Assembly: GCA_965368975.1 (NCBI GenBank)
Contig: CBDUPA010000006.1
Span: forward strand, 192,001-256,000
Length of the DNA stretch: 64,000 nucleotides
Source: an uncultured bacterium
Lineage (GTDB): Bacteria > Acidobacteriota > Thermoanaerobaculia > Multivoradales > JAHZIX01
Direction of reading: 5' to 3'
Under the pieces are notes generated by a model, which was not told the DNA's origin, ran no database searches, and saw nothing but the letters and a program-made list of their open reading frames with translations. The translations under genes and the position numbers were made by a program. Below are positions 1 through 9,419 of the stretch, in pieces. Within the stretch, counting starts at the first letter, position 1; every line of letters starts with the position of its first letter.

Positions 1-1
1 G

Positions 2-1273
2 TTCACCTATGACAACACCGTTGGCCTGACCTGGGCCGACATGAGCACGAACCAACGCAAGACCTCTGCCAAGAACACTGGCAACGTGGTGTGGAACGGT
101 GCAGCCGTGACCGCCGAAGCCGGCAATGTGCTGAGCAACGATGCGTCGCTGTTCATCAACTCACCAGGTGGTATCGCCGGTACCTATGACGCGCAGGCGG
201 CCTTCTTTGGACCGGCCCTGGACTTCACGGGTGTGACCGGTGATGTGGTTCTGGCTGCCGATGGTGCTGGCGCGGATGTCAACGATGGCTGCGAAGCGCT
301 GACCAACGGTGGCGCGATCAGTGGCAACGTTGCTCTGATCAACCGCGGCAACTGCACCTTCGCCCTGAAGGTGCTCAACGCCCAGGCCGTCGGTGCCACG
401 GCGGTGATCATCGCCAACAACGTGGCAGGCCTACCCCCAATGGGTGGCGACGACCCGACGGTGACGATCTCGTCGGTCGGAATCTCGCAGGCGGATGGCG
501 ACACGATCAAGAACAACCTGCCCGGCGTCAATGTGACGCTGGCGCTGGACTCGAACAAGGTGGCCGGTGCTGACAGTCAGGGCCGCGTGCGCATCTACGC
601 ACCGGACCCGATCGAGGGTGGCTCTTCCTTGTCCCACTTCGACACCGTGGCGTCCCCGAACTTGCTGATGGAGCCGTTCATCGGAGCCGATCTGACGACC
701 GACGTCGACCTGACCGACGAGCTGTTCACCGACATCGGCTGGACGCTGCTCAACCCGTCAGTGTGTGGCAACGGCGTGCGTGAGGGCTCCGAGGAGTGCG
801 ACGGCTCCGATCTCGGTGGTGCTTCGTGCAGCGACATCAGCTGCTCGGGCGGTTCCGTCAGCTGCACCGTGAGCTGCACCGTCGACTACAGCGCTTGCAG
901 TAGCTGCCCGGTGTGCAACTTCAACGGCGTCTGTGAGGCCGGCGAAGATTGCAACAACTGCGCCAGCGACTGTGTTTCCGGCACCACCGGCGGAGCGTCC
1001 TGCGGCAACGGCATCTGCGAAGCCGGCGACGGTGAAGACTGCGTCAGCTGCCCGAGCGACTGCAACGGCACGCAGGGTGGTAGGCCGTCCAACCGCTTCT
1101 GCTGCGGCGACGGTGACGGCACCAACCCGGTCAGCTGCGGTGATGCCCGCTGCACCCAGGGGAGCTTCCAGTGCACCGATACGCCGGTTGGCAGTGGCAC
1201 GTCCTACTGCTGCGGTGACGCCATCTGCAACGGTGCCGAGAACAGCACCAACTGTGCTCTGGATTGTCCCTGA
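2..1273 (+). CDS. PA-domain secreted protein with Cys-rich C-terminus, 5'-truncated by window edge; paralog of 2077..4002
   Basis: Frame is open from base 2 (FTYDNTVGLTWADM...). It has a PA motif (ALINRGNCTFALKVLNAQAVGA), a C-terminal CGNG..E..E.C repeat region, and is near-identical to the second half of 2077..4002. Confidence 0.85.
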   Translation, partial: FTYDNTVGLTWADMSTNQRKTSAKNTGNVVWNGAAVTAEAGNVLSNDASLFINSPGGIAGTYDAQAAFFGPALDFTGVTGDVVLAADGAGADVNDGCEALTNGGAISGNVALINRGNCTFALKVLNAQAVGATAVIIANNVAGLPPMGGDDPTVTISSVGISQADGDTIKNNLPGVNVTLALDSNKVAGADSQGRVRIYAPDPIEGGSSLSHFDTVASPNLLMEPFIGADLTTDVDLTDELFTDIGWTLLNPSVCGNGVREGSEECDGSDLGGASCSDISCSGGSVSCTVSCTVDYSACSSCPVCNFNGVCEAGEDCNNCASDCVSGTTGGASCGNGICEAGDGEDCVSCPSDCNGTQGGRPSNRFCCGDGDGTNPVSCGDARCTQGSFQCTDTPVGSGTSYCCGDAICNGAENSTNCALDCP

Positions 1274-1337
1274 GCAGCAGGTGTCCAGTTCACCGATGAA
1301 CGCAAGGCCCTGATTCAGGGCGGAAGCGTTGCCAGCG

Positions 1338-1370
1338 AAGGCCGGGATCCACAAGGATTCCGGCCTTTTC
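1338..1370 (+). terminator. Rho-independent terminator
   Basis: aaggccgggatcc-acaa-ggattccggcctt stem-loop ending in a T-run, about 65 bp after the stop at 1273. Confidence 0.75.
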
Positions 1371-1580
1371 TACTGCCATCTCGGGTGGATCTCGGGGTGG
1401 TCATCCACAATGTTGGACTTTTTTTCCAAACCGTGTCACGCCTAAGGTAGGCAAACGCACTTTAGCGTGTGAGGTGCGGTCCCTCCAACCTCGCCAAGTA
1501 TTAGTAGGATCAAGGGTTTACACTCGCTGTAGACCCTTGGTCCTTACTTTTGAATCCTTCCTTACAGTGAGGTGTCGTTC

Positions 1581-2087
1581 ATGTTCCAGCAGGTCTTGGG
1601 TAAGAACTATGCGGAGCGCATGATTAGCTTGTGCGCAATAGCAGTAGCATTCCTGGTCTTCGTGCCAGGAGGCTCGGTGGTGGCGGATGAAGCCGCCCAG
1701 CCAGTACAGGATCAGGTAACTGTCCAGACGGAGGTTACTCCTCTGACTGTGCAGCAAGATTCGATGCGGGTCTACAAGGACCCGGAGACGGGCCGCCTGA
1801 TGGCTCCGCCCCAGCACGTGCGCGAAGCCCTGGCTGCCCAGGCCGACAAGCAGCGTCAAGATCTCAACCAGAGCGCGGAAGGCCTGCAGGCTCGCGTGCA
1901 TCGTAACGGCATGGTGACCATGGACCTGGAAGGTCGCTTCCAGAGCCACTACATGGTGACCCGTAGCGAGGACGGCCAGCTGCAGCACTTCTGCACGGAA
2001 GGCGAGCTCGCCTTCTTCGAGAAGCTGATCGCCAACCACAACGCCCAGAAGAACGCCGAGACGCAGGAGGTGGCCAATGACCGCTAA
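1581..2087 (+). CDS. Small secreted protein (post-PEP-CTERM-1-like motif), possible protease partner or propeptide
   Basis: GAGGTG RBS before ATG 1581, N-terminal hydrophobic signal, motif MRVYKDPETGRLMAP; overlaps the start of the next gene. Confidence 0.6.
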   Translation: MFQQVLGKNYAERMISLCAIAVAFLVFVPGGSVVADEAAQPVQDQVTVQTEVTPLTVQQDSMRVYKDPETGRLMAPPQHVREALAAQADKQRQDLNQSAEGLQARVHRNGMVTMDLEGRFQSHYMVTRSEDGQLQHFCTEGELAFFEKLIANHNAQKNAETQEVANDR

Positions 2088-4002
2088 GCGCAACTTCACT
2101 GCTATCGCTGCCACGCTTCTTTTGCTGGCGGCTCCGTTCGCGGCGAGCGCCGCCACCATCACCGTCGTCAACCTCGACGGCCCGGGTGAAGGCTTCAACG
2201 ACACGACCCCTGCTACCCCGGTGGGCGGCAACACGGGCACCACGCTCGGTGAGCAGCGCGAGATCGTCTTCCAGACGGCGGCGAACATTTGGGGCGGTAT
2301 TCTCGACAGCAACGTCGAGATCGTCATCCGCGCCAACTTCAACCCGCTGAGCTGCGACGCCAGCTCGGCCGTGCTCGGCTCAGCCGGTACGGTGCAGGTG
2401 ACGGCCAACTTCGCCAACGCTCCGTTCTCCAACACCTGGTACCACATCGCCCTGGCCAACGCCATCGCCGGCACCGACCTGATCACCGGCGCTCCAGGCA
2501 GTAGCGGCGACGACATCTCGGCGAACTTCAACAGCTCGATCGACAACAACAACAACTGCTTGTCGGGCAGCAACTGGTACCTTGGCCTGGACAACAACGA
2601 GCCCGGCACCGACATCGACCTACTGACCGTCGTGCTGCACGAGTTTGGCCATGGTCTCGGCTTCTCGAACTTCGCCAACGAGAGCACGGGTGCCCTGCTG
2701 GGTCCGCCGAACTACCCCGGCATCTACAGCCAGTACACCTACGACAACACGCAGGGTCTGACCTGGGCGCAGATGACCAACAACCAGCGCGCCACCTCCG
2801 CCGTCAACACCGGCAACGTGGTGTGGACCGGTTCGGCGGTCACCGCCGAGGCGGCCAACTTGTTGGACAACGAAGCCTCGTTGTTCATCAACTCGCCGGG
2901 TGGCATCGCCGGTACCTACGACGCCCAGGCCGCCTTCTTCGGGCCAGCCCTGGACTTGACCGGTGTCACCGGCAACGTCGTGCTGGCGACGGACGGCACG
3001 GCTCCGGCCAACGACGGTTGCGAAGCGCTGACCAACGGTGGCGCCATCAGCGGCAACATTGCCCTGATCGACCGCGGCACCTGCACCTTCGCGCTGAAGG
3101 TGCTCAACGCCCAGGCCGCCGGCGCCACTGGCGTGATCATCGCCAACAACACGACCGGCCTGCCGCCGATGGGTGGCGACGACCCGAGCGTCACGATCTC
3201 GTCGGTCGGTATCTCGCAGGCTGACGGCACGACGATCAAGAACAACCTGCCCGGCGTCAACGTGACGCTGGCGCTGGACTCGAACAAGGTGGCGGGCGCC
3301 GACAGCCAGGGCCGGGTACGAATCTACGCTCCCAACCCGGTCGAAGGCGGCTCTTCGCTGTCGCACTTCGACACCGTGGCAACCCCGAACCTGCTGATGG
3401 AGCCGTTCATCGGCGACGACTTGACCACTGATGTCGACCTGACTGACGAGTTGTTCACCGACATCGGCTGGACGCTGCTCAATCCGTCGGTATGTGGCAA
3501 CGGCGTCCGTGAGGGTGCTGAAGAGTGCGACGGTTCCGACCTCGGTGGCGCTTCCTGCAGCGACATCAGCTGCTCGGGCGGTTCCGTCAGCTGCACCGGT
3601 AGTTGCACCGTCGACTACAGCGCCTGCAGTAGCTGCCCGGTGTGCAACTTCAACGGCGTCTGTGAGGCCGGTGAAGACTGCAACAACTGCGCCAGCGACT
3701 GTGTCTCCGGCACCACCGGTGGTGCCTCGTGCGGCAACGGCATCTGCGAAGCTGGCGACGGCGAGGATTGCCTCAGCTGCCCGAGCGATTGCAACGGCAA
3801 GCAGAACGGCAGGCCGTCCAGCCGCTTCTGCTGCGGCGACGGTGACGGCACCAACCCGGTTAGCTGCGGTGACAACCGCTGCACCCAGGGGAGCTTCCAA
3901 TGCACCGACACGCCGGTCGGCAGTGGCACGTCCTACTGCTGCGGTGACGCCATCTGCAACGGTGCCGAGAACAGCACCAACTGCAGCTTGGACTGCCCGT
4001 AA
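2077..4002 (+). CDS. Secreted zinc metalloprotease with PA domain and Cys-rich C-terminal repeats
   Basis: Signal peptide (..AASA), HEFGHGLGF zincin motif, PA domain (IDRGTCTFALKVLNAQAAGA), Cys-rich tail; GGAGG RBS. Confidence 0.85.
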   Translation: MTAKRNFTAIAATLLLLAAPFAASAATITVVNLDGPGEGFNDTTPATPVGGNTGTTLGEQREIVFQTAANIWGGILDSNVEIVIRANFNPLSCDASSAVLGSAGTVQVTANFANAPFSNTWYHIALANAIAGTDLITGAPGSSGDDISANFNSSIDNNNNCLSGSNWYLGLDNNEPGTDIDLLTVVLHEFGHGLGFSNFANESTGALLGPPNYPGIYSQYTYDNTQGLTWAQMTNNQRATSAVNTGNVVWTGSAVTAEAANLLDNEASLFINSPGGIAGTYDAQAAFFGPALDLTGVTGNVVLATDGTAPANDGCEALTNGGAISGNIALIDRGTCTFALKVLNAQAAGATGVIIANNTTGLPPMGGDDPSVTISSVGISQADGTTIKNNLPGVNVTLALDSNKVAGADSQGRVRIYAPNPVEGGSSLSHFDTVATPNLLMEPFIGDDLTTDVDLTDELFTDIGWTLLNPSVCGNGVREGAEECDGSDLGGASCSDISCSGGSVSCTGSCTVDYSACSSCPVCNFNGVCEAGEDCNNCASDCVSGTTGGASCGNGICEAGDGEDCLSCPSDCNGKQNGRPSSRFCCGDGDGTNPVSCGDNRCTQGSFQCTDTPVGSGTSYCCGDAICNGAENSTNCSLDCP

Positions 4003-4046
4003 CACGCGACGTTCAGCTCTGAGTCAGAGCTGAAGCGTCAGAGACG

Positions 4047-4078
4047 AGGCCGGGATCCTTTGGGATTCCGGTCTTTTC
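4047..4078 (+). terminator. Rho-independent terminator, near copy of 1338..1370
   Basis: aggccgggatcc-tttg-ggattccggtct followed by ttt; a second hairpin lies at about 4008-4039. Confidence 0.75.
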
Positions 4079-4112
4079 TATTGGGGCAACTCCCCACGTC
4101 GAGGGATCCCCC

Positions 4113-5162
4113 CTACCCAGAGCGTCCCAACGCCAGTTGACAAATCCGCTGGCACAGCTCGTCGAAGCTGATTCCCACGGCCGCCGCGCTCTGAGGCAGC
4201 AGGCTGTTGGAGGTCATGCCGGGCAGGGTGTTGACCTCCAGGCAGGCGATCTCACCGGTCGGGGTGACGATGAAGTCGACGCGTGAGAAGTCGCTCAGCT
4301 TGAGGGCGTAGTGCGCCCGCAGAGCCAGGCGGCGCAGCTCGTCGGCCAGCGCCTGGTCGATGTCGGCGGGGAAGATCTCCTGCGCCATACCGGGTGTGTA
4401 CTTGCATTCGTAGTCGAAGATCTCGTGCACGGGGATGATCTCGCCCACCGCCAACGCTCGATCACCCAGGATGCCGACGGTCAGCTCGCGACCGTCGACG
4501 AAGCGTTCGAGCATCACCTCGCGGTCATACTGGGCAGCTGTCTCGATCGCAGCCTGCAATTCGCCTGCGGCGCGTACCACCGTCAGGCCGACGGTGGAAC
4601 CGACGCGCAGCGGCTTGACCACGATCGGCCATCCGAGATCGTCACCGGCCCCCTCGTTGCCAGCATCGGCCAGCTCGTCCAGATCTTGCCGCGGCCACAT
4701 CTTCCAGTCGGCCGTCGGCACACCCGCGGCGCGGAACAGGTGCTTGCTGATGTCCTTGTCCATGGCCACTGTGCTGCCGAGCGCGTCGCTGCCGGTGTAG
4801 CGCACGCCGGCCATGTCGAGTAGGGCTTGCAGCTCCCCACCCTCACCTTGGCGGCCATGGAGAATCAGGAGCACCAGATCCGCCGCCTTGATGGCCGGCA
4901 GGTCCACCAGGCGTGGTCCGAGTTCTTGCTGTTCCAGCTGCCGCAATTGCTCGACCGTAGGGGGATCAGCACCTACGGTTGCGTCCAGCTGCTGTTCTTC
5001 GGTGGCATCCAGTTTACCGCTGCAGGTATCGACGACGGTCACAGAGTGGCCGAGGCGACGCAGTGCAGCGACGACCTGCACGGCTCCGGCGAGGGCCACG
5101 TTGCGTTCCGGTGTTGAACCACCTGTGAGCACGACGATGTTGACCGCTGGGATCTTTGCCAT
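4113..5162 (-). CDS. ddl: D-alanine--D-alanine ligase
   Basis: GGSTPERNVAL, LHGRQGEGG, MDKDISK, VKP..GSTVG, FDYECKY and LEVNTLPGMT..SLLP are ATP-grasp Ddl motifs. Confidence 0.92.
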   Translation of the reverse strand: MAKIPAVNIVVLTGGSTPERNVALAGAVQVVAALRRLGHSVTVVDTCSGKLDATEEQQLDATVGADPPTVEQLRQLEQQELGPRLVDLPAIKAADLVLLILHGRQGEGGELQALLDMAGVRYTGSDALGSTVAMDKDISKHLFRAAGVPTADWKMWPRQDLDELADAGNEGAGDDLGWPIVVKPLRVGSTVGLTVVRAAGELQAAIETAAQYDREVMLERFVDGRELTVGILGDRALAVGEIIPVHEIFDYECKYTPGMAQEIFPADIDQALADELRRLALRAHYALKLSDFSRVDFIVTPTGEIACLEVNTLPGMTSNSLLPQSAAAVGISFDELCQRICQLALGRSG

Positions 5163-5322
5163 GACGGCGAATCATAGCACCGGCGGTATCCCGTGATCCT
5201 GCCATGATCTCCTCAAGTCATCACTATTTGCTGGCGCGAAATCTCTGCAGCTGCTTGGTACGTCTCGCTGATCTGCGCGTATTTCCAAGAAGTAGCGGGC
5301 ACTTTGCTCCTTGTTACCGAAT

Positions 5323-5338
5323 CGGCATAAAGCTTGCT
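5323..5338 (+). promoter_or_regulatory. Candidate sigma-54 (-24/-12) promoter
   Basis: CGGCATAAAGCTTGCT matches YGGCAYR-N4-TTGCW, with GG (5324-5325) and GC (5336-5337) exactly 10 nt apart; predicted TSS about 5349. Confidence 0.55.
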
Positions 5339-5348
5339 TTCAATCCTT

Positions 5349-5474
5349 GAAGGTCGAACCCCGGCTCGGGACACTGCAACCCGCTCGATCCACCAAGGCC
5401 CGAGCAGATCGACCCACCACCTACCTGACAAACTCCCTGCATGTTTGGGGCTCTGCAAAGAGCCCCCTCTTTTT
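5349..5474 (+). ncRNA. Candidate sigma-54-dependent small RNA (~125 nt)
   Basis: Starts at the predicted TSS. Nested stems ggtcga(5352-5357)/tcgacc(5409-5414) and gctcggg(5364-5370)/cccgagc(5399-5405), then a C-rich linker and a terminator hairpin. Confidence 0.45.
5447..5474 (+). terminator. Rho-independent terminator
   Basis: ggggctct-gcaa-agagcccc (GNRA loop) followed by ctcttttt. Confidence 0.7.
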
Positions 5475-5478
5475 GTCT

Positions 5479-5510
5479 GTGCGCTGAGTTCGTGCGCTGA
5501 GTTCGTGCGC
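5479..5510. repeat. 13-bp tandem repeat (gtgcgctgagttc x2.5)
   Basis: Read directly from the sequence. Confidence 0.8.
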
Positions 5511-5530
5511 GTTTCCACTGTGCCCTGCAG

Positions 5531-5549
5531 CCAAGCACCCGGTGCTTGG
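5531..5549. promoter_or_regulatory. Perfect palindrome, candidate operator upstream of 5639
   Basis: ccaagcacc-c-ggtgcttgg, about 90 bp upstream of the propeller gene start. Confidence 0.4.
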
Positions 5550-5638
5550 GATACCATCTTGTGCGTGGAGTCCTTCCGCGCCGGCCACGGTCCAGTGGCC
5601 TCTCCCTGATCCATGCTGAGACTGGAGGCTGAACGAGC

Positions 5639-6859
5639 ATGAGGAATGTGTGCTTCGTCGTGGTGTTTTCCTGGCTGCTGACAGGTTGGTTGTTCGCTAC
5701 CGGTCCCGCGGCTGCGGCGGATTGGCCGCAGTTCCGTGGACCGCAGCGAGACGGTACGTCCACCGAGACCGGCCTGGCGACCGTGTGGCCGCAAACCGGC
5801 CCTCAACAGCTGTGGCGTGTCGAGATCGGTGAAGGCTACTCCGGGATCGTCGTGGTCGATGGTCGGCTGCTGACCATGTTCGCCGCCGGGGAAGACGAGG
5901 TGCTCGCCAGCTTCGATCCCGCCACCGGTAAGGAACAGTGGCGCGTGCGCATCGGCGCCAATTTCGAGACCCAGCTGGGCAACGGTCCGCGCGCCACCCC
6001 GACCGTGGCGGACGGAGTCGCGTATGCGCTCAGCTCCAATGGCCAGCTACACGCGATCCACGTAGCCGACGGCAAGGTCCTGTGGAGCCGCGATTTGCCC
6101 GAGACGCTCGGTGGTCGGCGGCCGAATTGGGGCTACGCCGCGCCCCCATTGGTCGACGGTGATCACCTGCTGATCGACGCCGGCGGTCTCGAAGGCCGCG
6201 GCTTCGCCAGCTTGTCACGCACCACTGGTGAGATCGTCTGGACCGCCACGGACGAGCGCAACGGTTACGCCGCGCCGCTACGTCTCGAACTGGCCGGCCG
6301 CTCGCAGTACGTCACGGTGACGCGCGACCACGTGCTCGGCCTGGACCCGCAGACCGGCACGGTTCTGTGGCAGCACCCGGCTGGCGACGGCACGATCGCC
6401 GGGGTTGTCGACGCGGGGGAGGATCGGGTCTTCGTGTCGGCACCGGAGGACGGTGCGATCGCACTGCGAATTCACAAGGATGGGGACGGCTTTCGGATCG
6501 AAGAGCTGTGGACGTCGAAGCGCTTCAAGAATCACTTCCAGACCTCGGTGTACTTCGAGGGTCACCTTTATGGATTCGACGCCGGTTCGCTCAAGTGCAT
6601 CGACGCCGCCAGTGGTGAGATGAGCTGGGGTAAGCGGGGCTTGGGCAAAGGGTCCCTGATCATCGCTGATGGTTTGCTGATCATCCTCGGTGAGCGCGGC
6701 CAGTTGGTGCTCGCCAAGGCGACGCCCGAGAGCTGGCAGGAGTTGGCGTCGGCGCAGATCTTCGAGGACAAGTCCTGGACGCCACCGGCTCTGGCTGACG
6801 GCCGTCTCTACCTGCGCAACCAATTCGAAATGGTCGCTCTGGACCTGACGGGAGAGTGA
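5639..6859 (+). CDS. PQQ-binding-like beta-propeller repeat protein (BamB-like)
   Basis: Signal peptide, DWPQFRGP N-terminal motif, repeated A.D..TG...W blades, C-terminal PALADGRLYLR. Confidence 0.85.
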   Translation: MRNVCFVVVFSWLLTGWLFATGPAAAADWPQFRGPQRDGTSTETGLATVWPQTGPQQLWRVEIGEGYSGIVVVDGRLLTMFAAGEDEVLASFDPATGKEQWRVRIGANFETQLGNGPRATPTVADGVAYALSSNGQLHAIHVADGKVLWSRDLPETLGGRRPNWGYAAPPLVDGDHLLIDAGGLEGRGFASLSRTTGEIVWTATDERNGYAAPLRLELAGRSQYVTVTRDHVLGLDPQTGTVLWQHPAGDGTIAGVVDAGEDRVFVSAPEDGAIALRIHKDGDGFRIEELWTSKRFKNHFQTSVYFEGHLYGFDAGSLKCIDAASGEMSWGKRGLGKGSLIIADGLLIILGERGQLVLAKATPESWQELASAQIFEDKSWTPPALADGRLYLRNQFEMVALDLTGE

Positions 6860-8103
6860 AGATGAAGCGCGCGATTCTCTTTCTGAGCCTGCTGTCGATG
6901 GCTGTGGGTCTCCTTCCCGCGGCCGGTTCGCTGGCAGCGGAAGACACCCCAACCCTATCGCTCGAACAGATTCTCAGCCGTCACGCGACCGCGCGTGGGG
7001 GTATCGATGCCTGGCGTCACCTGCAGACGATGAAGATCGAGGGCCAGTACATTGCCTTCGGCAAGAGTGGCCCTTTCGTCCTGTACCGGGCGCGCTCCGA
7101 AGCGGGCCAGATCGACAAGCTGCGCTTCGAGCGTCCCGAGCCGCCCTATGACGCCGTCATTGCGACCGATGGCGAGTCTTCGTGGTGGATCAACCCGTGG
7201 GTTGGCGTCGAGTGGGCGGTGCCGCTGCCCAAGGCGGAAGACGAGACACTGCTGGTCGACACCTACTTCGTGAATCCCTTGCTAGAAGCCACGGCCAAGG
7301 GCAACCAGGTCGAGCTGGTCGGGCGGACCGACTTCGAGGGGACCAATGCGTACGAGCTGAAAGTCGTACTGAGCAACGGCCTGGAGGAGACCTGGTACCT
7401 GGACGCCGAGACCTTTCTGGAACTCGGCAGTCTCGGTCATGCCGCGGACTACGGGGATCCCAAAGAGGCGAGGACCTTCTTCGACGACTTCCGCGACATC
7501 GATGGGCTGGTGATGCCCTTCTACATCGAGCGCGAATACGGCATCCGGCTACGCATCATCGAGGTGGAGTCCGTCGAGTTCAACCCCGAGCTGTCGGCCG
7601 ATCTCTTCCGTTTCCCGGTACCGCAGCCCGACGGCATGCAGCGCTTGGCGTCGCTGGCTGGGGACTGGGACGTCGCCGTGCGTAGCCGGGACAACCCTAG
7701 TTTCGCGTGGAAAGAGGGCGAGACCACCAGCACCGTCGAGGCAACGTTTCACGGTCTACAGCTGGTCGAGACACTGCGCCACGAGGTGGTGCAACCGCGG
7801 ACGTTCTTCCACACCCGCGCCTACGATCGCTTCCGCGAGGTCTACCGCGACACGTTGTTCTACGACGGCTTGTTCCATCCCCTGGTGCTCGAAGGTACCT
7901 TCGGCGAGGATGGCCGGTTGATCCAGGAGAGCGTTGGCGAGGGGGCTCCCTACGTCACGCGTCTGATCACCTCTGGTATCGCTGAAGAGGGGGGCATCAG
8001 TGAAGACGGCTTCAAGGTCGAAGAAGAACGCTCCTTCGATGGCGGCGAAACCTGGACGCCCGTAGTGGAGCTGACCTACACGCGCCGGCCGGCCGGGGAC
8101 TGA
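6856..8103 (+). CDS. Secreted protein: LolA/lipoprotein-sorting-like N-domain plus DUF1579-like C-domain
   Basis: Signal peptide; ILSRHATARGG..AW; WYLDAETFLE; DFRDIDGLVMPF; C-terminal LAGDW...SFDGGETW. Overlaps the upstream stop. Confidence 0.6.
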   Translation: MKMKRAILFLSLLSMAVGLLPAAGSLAAEDTPTLSLEQILSRHATARGGIDAWRHLQTMKIEGQYIAFGKSGPFVLYRARSEAGQIDKLRFERPEPPYDAVIATDGESSWWINPWVGVEWAVPLPKAEDETLLVDTYFVNPLLEATAKGNQVELVGRTDFEGTNAYELKVVLSNGLEETWYLDAETFLELGSLGHAADYGDPKEARTFFDDFRDIDGLVMPFYIEREYGIRLRIIEVESVEFNPELSADLFRFPVPQPDGMQRLASLAGDWDVAVRSRDNPSFAWKEGETTSTVEATFHGLQLVETLRHEVVQPRTFFHTRAYDRFREVYRDTLFYDGLFHPLVLEGTFGEDGRLIQESVGEGAPYVTRLITSGIAEEGGISEDGFKVEEERSFDGGETWTPVVELTYTRRPAGD

Positions 8104-8146
8104 CGCCCACCACGAGCGAGAGCCGCTCGGCGCGAGCGGTGCCGGC

Positions 8147-8395
8147 TCAAGGAACGAGCTGCGTACCGTCCGCGTCGAGCACTACGAGCGCCTCGACTGG
8201 ACATACCTCGCAGGCTTCGATCACCCGCTCCCGATCCAGCGTGCCGGGAGCGTCGTCCCGAAAGGTCACGATCTGCTGGTCGTCGAACTCCAGCAACTCT
8301 GGCGTGACGCGTGTGCATGAGCCGGAGCTGATGCAGCTGGTGCGCAGAATGCGCAGCGTGAACTCTCCAATCTTGCGTTCTTCCAGGTCGGACAT
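8147..8395 (-). CDS. Single-cluster ferredoxin (3Fe-4S/4Fe-4S type)
   Basis: CISSGSC...ACEVCPVEAL in an 82-aa protein with a GGAGAG RBS. Confidence 0.8.
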   Translation of the reverse strand: MSDLEERKIGEFTLRILRTSCISSGSCTRVTPELLEFDDQQIVTFRDDAPGTLDRERVIEACEVCPVEALVVLDADGTQLVP

Positions 8396-8448
8396 GCTCT
8401 CTCTCCGGTAATTCCAGGCTCCGATGATCTAGGTGAGGCTGCTCTGCC

Positions 8449-9381
8449 TCAGCGCCCTGGCGGCTGCTGTGGAGGGGGAGCGTACAACACTCGTCCGCCG
8501 CGCGTGTGCCGCCGCGGCTGTGACGTCGTCGCGCGCGGCTCGGAACCTGTGTCTCGTGCCTGGGGGCGCGGCGACCGTGCCTGCCCGGTACCTAGGCCGC
8601 CAGAGCCGTGGACAGTACCGCCGTGGCTGCCCTGCAAGTGCCACCAGACGTGGGGCACACCGTCGTAGCCATGGTGGGAGGTTCCGTAAGCGGGTGCACC
8701 GCCGCCGTAGAGCGGAAAGCCGCCGACAGGAATGCCGCTGACCGGATTGACCACCCCGGGCACGGTTCTGGCAGCAGACGTCTGGCGCGACGCTTCCAGC
8801 TGCAGCCGGGCCGTCTCCACTTGCAGGCGCGCGTCCTCCAGCTGCTGCAAGCGTCGCAGGGCAGTCTGTTGTTGTTCGGCCTGCAGCGTTCGTGCCCGCT
8901 CTTCGCTGGTCACCCAGTCGCCGCGGAAGCGCACCTCGCCGCGTAGGTCGCGCAGCTGCTCTTCGGTCACCCAGGTGCCGTCCGTGAGCCGCAGATAGCC
9001 GAGCAGGTGCCGTGCACCCTCGTGGTCCGGGTCGATCAGGATCACGCGCTCGAGCAGTCGCCGCTCTAGCGTTGCTTCACCGTTGTCTCGGCACCACAGA
9101 GCCAGCTCGAAGCGTCCCTCGGCGTCGCCGGGTTGCAGCGCCGCCAGAACGCGCTCGACCTCCTGTGCCGCCGTCGAGCCCCGCTCCACACGAGCGATCT
9201 GGTCCGCGGGTAACTCGAGGGTGCCGAACGACATCTCGATGCGCACCTTGCCGTTGCCCAGATCGGTCAGTGTTCCGTCTAGCTTACGGCCGGTGGTCAT
9301 CCAGATCTCGTCCGCGTGGATGGCGTGTGGCGGTAGGAGCGAGAGGCAGAGGAGGGCGGTGAGCAGTGTCGAGATTTTCAT
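8449..9381 (-). CDS. Hypothetical secreted protein with TPR-like segment
   Basis: MKISTLL... signal peptide; ADEIWMTTGRKLDG small beta-domain; IDPDHEGARHLLGY; low-complexity tail. Confidence 0.65.
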   Translation of the reverse strand: MKISTLLTALLCLSLLPPHAIHADEIWMTTGRKLDGTLTDLGNGKVRIEMSFGTLELPADQIARVERGSTAAQEVERVLAALQPGDAEGRFELALWCRDNGEATLERRLLERVILIDPDHEGARHLLGYLRLTDGTWVTEEQLRDLRGEVRFRGDWVTSEERARTLQAEQQQTALRRLQQLEDARLQVETARLQLEASRQTSAARTVPGVVNPVSGIPVGGFPLYGGGAPAYGTSHHGYDGVPHVWWHLQGSHGGTVHGSGGLGTGQARSPRPQARDTGSEPRATTSQPRRHTRGGRVLYAPPPQQPPGR

Positions 9382-9419
9382 GGCACTGAATACGGTAGCG
9401 CTCGAAGAAAGGACAGTCA

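Noticed and set aside
5213-5806. Small ORFs in the ddl-propeller intergenic region
   Set aside because: No motifs or convincing RBS; the region is better explained by promoter, RNA structure and terminator signals.
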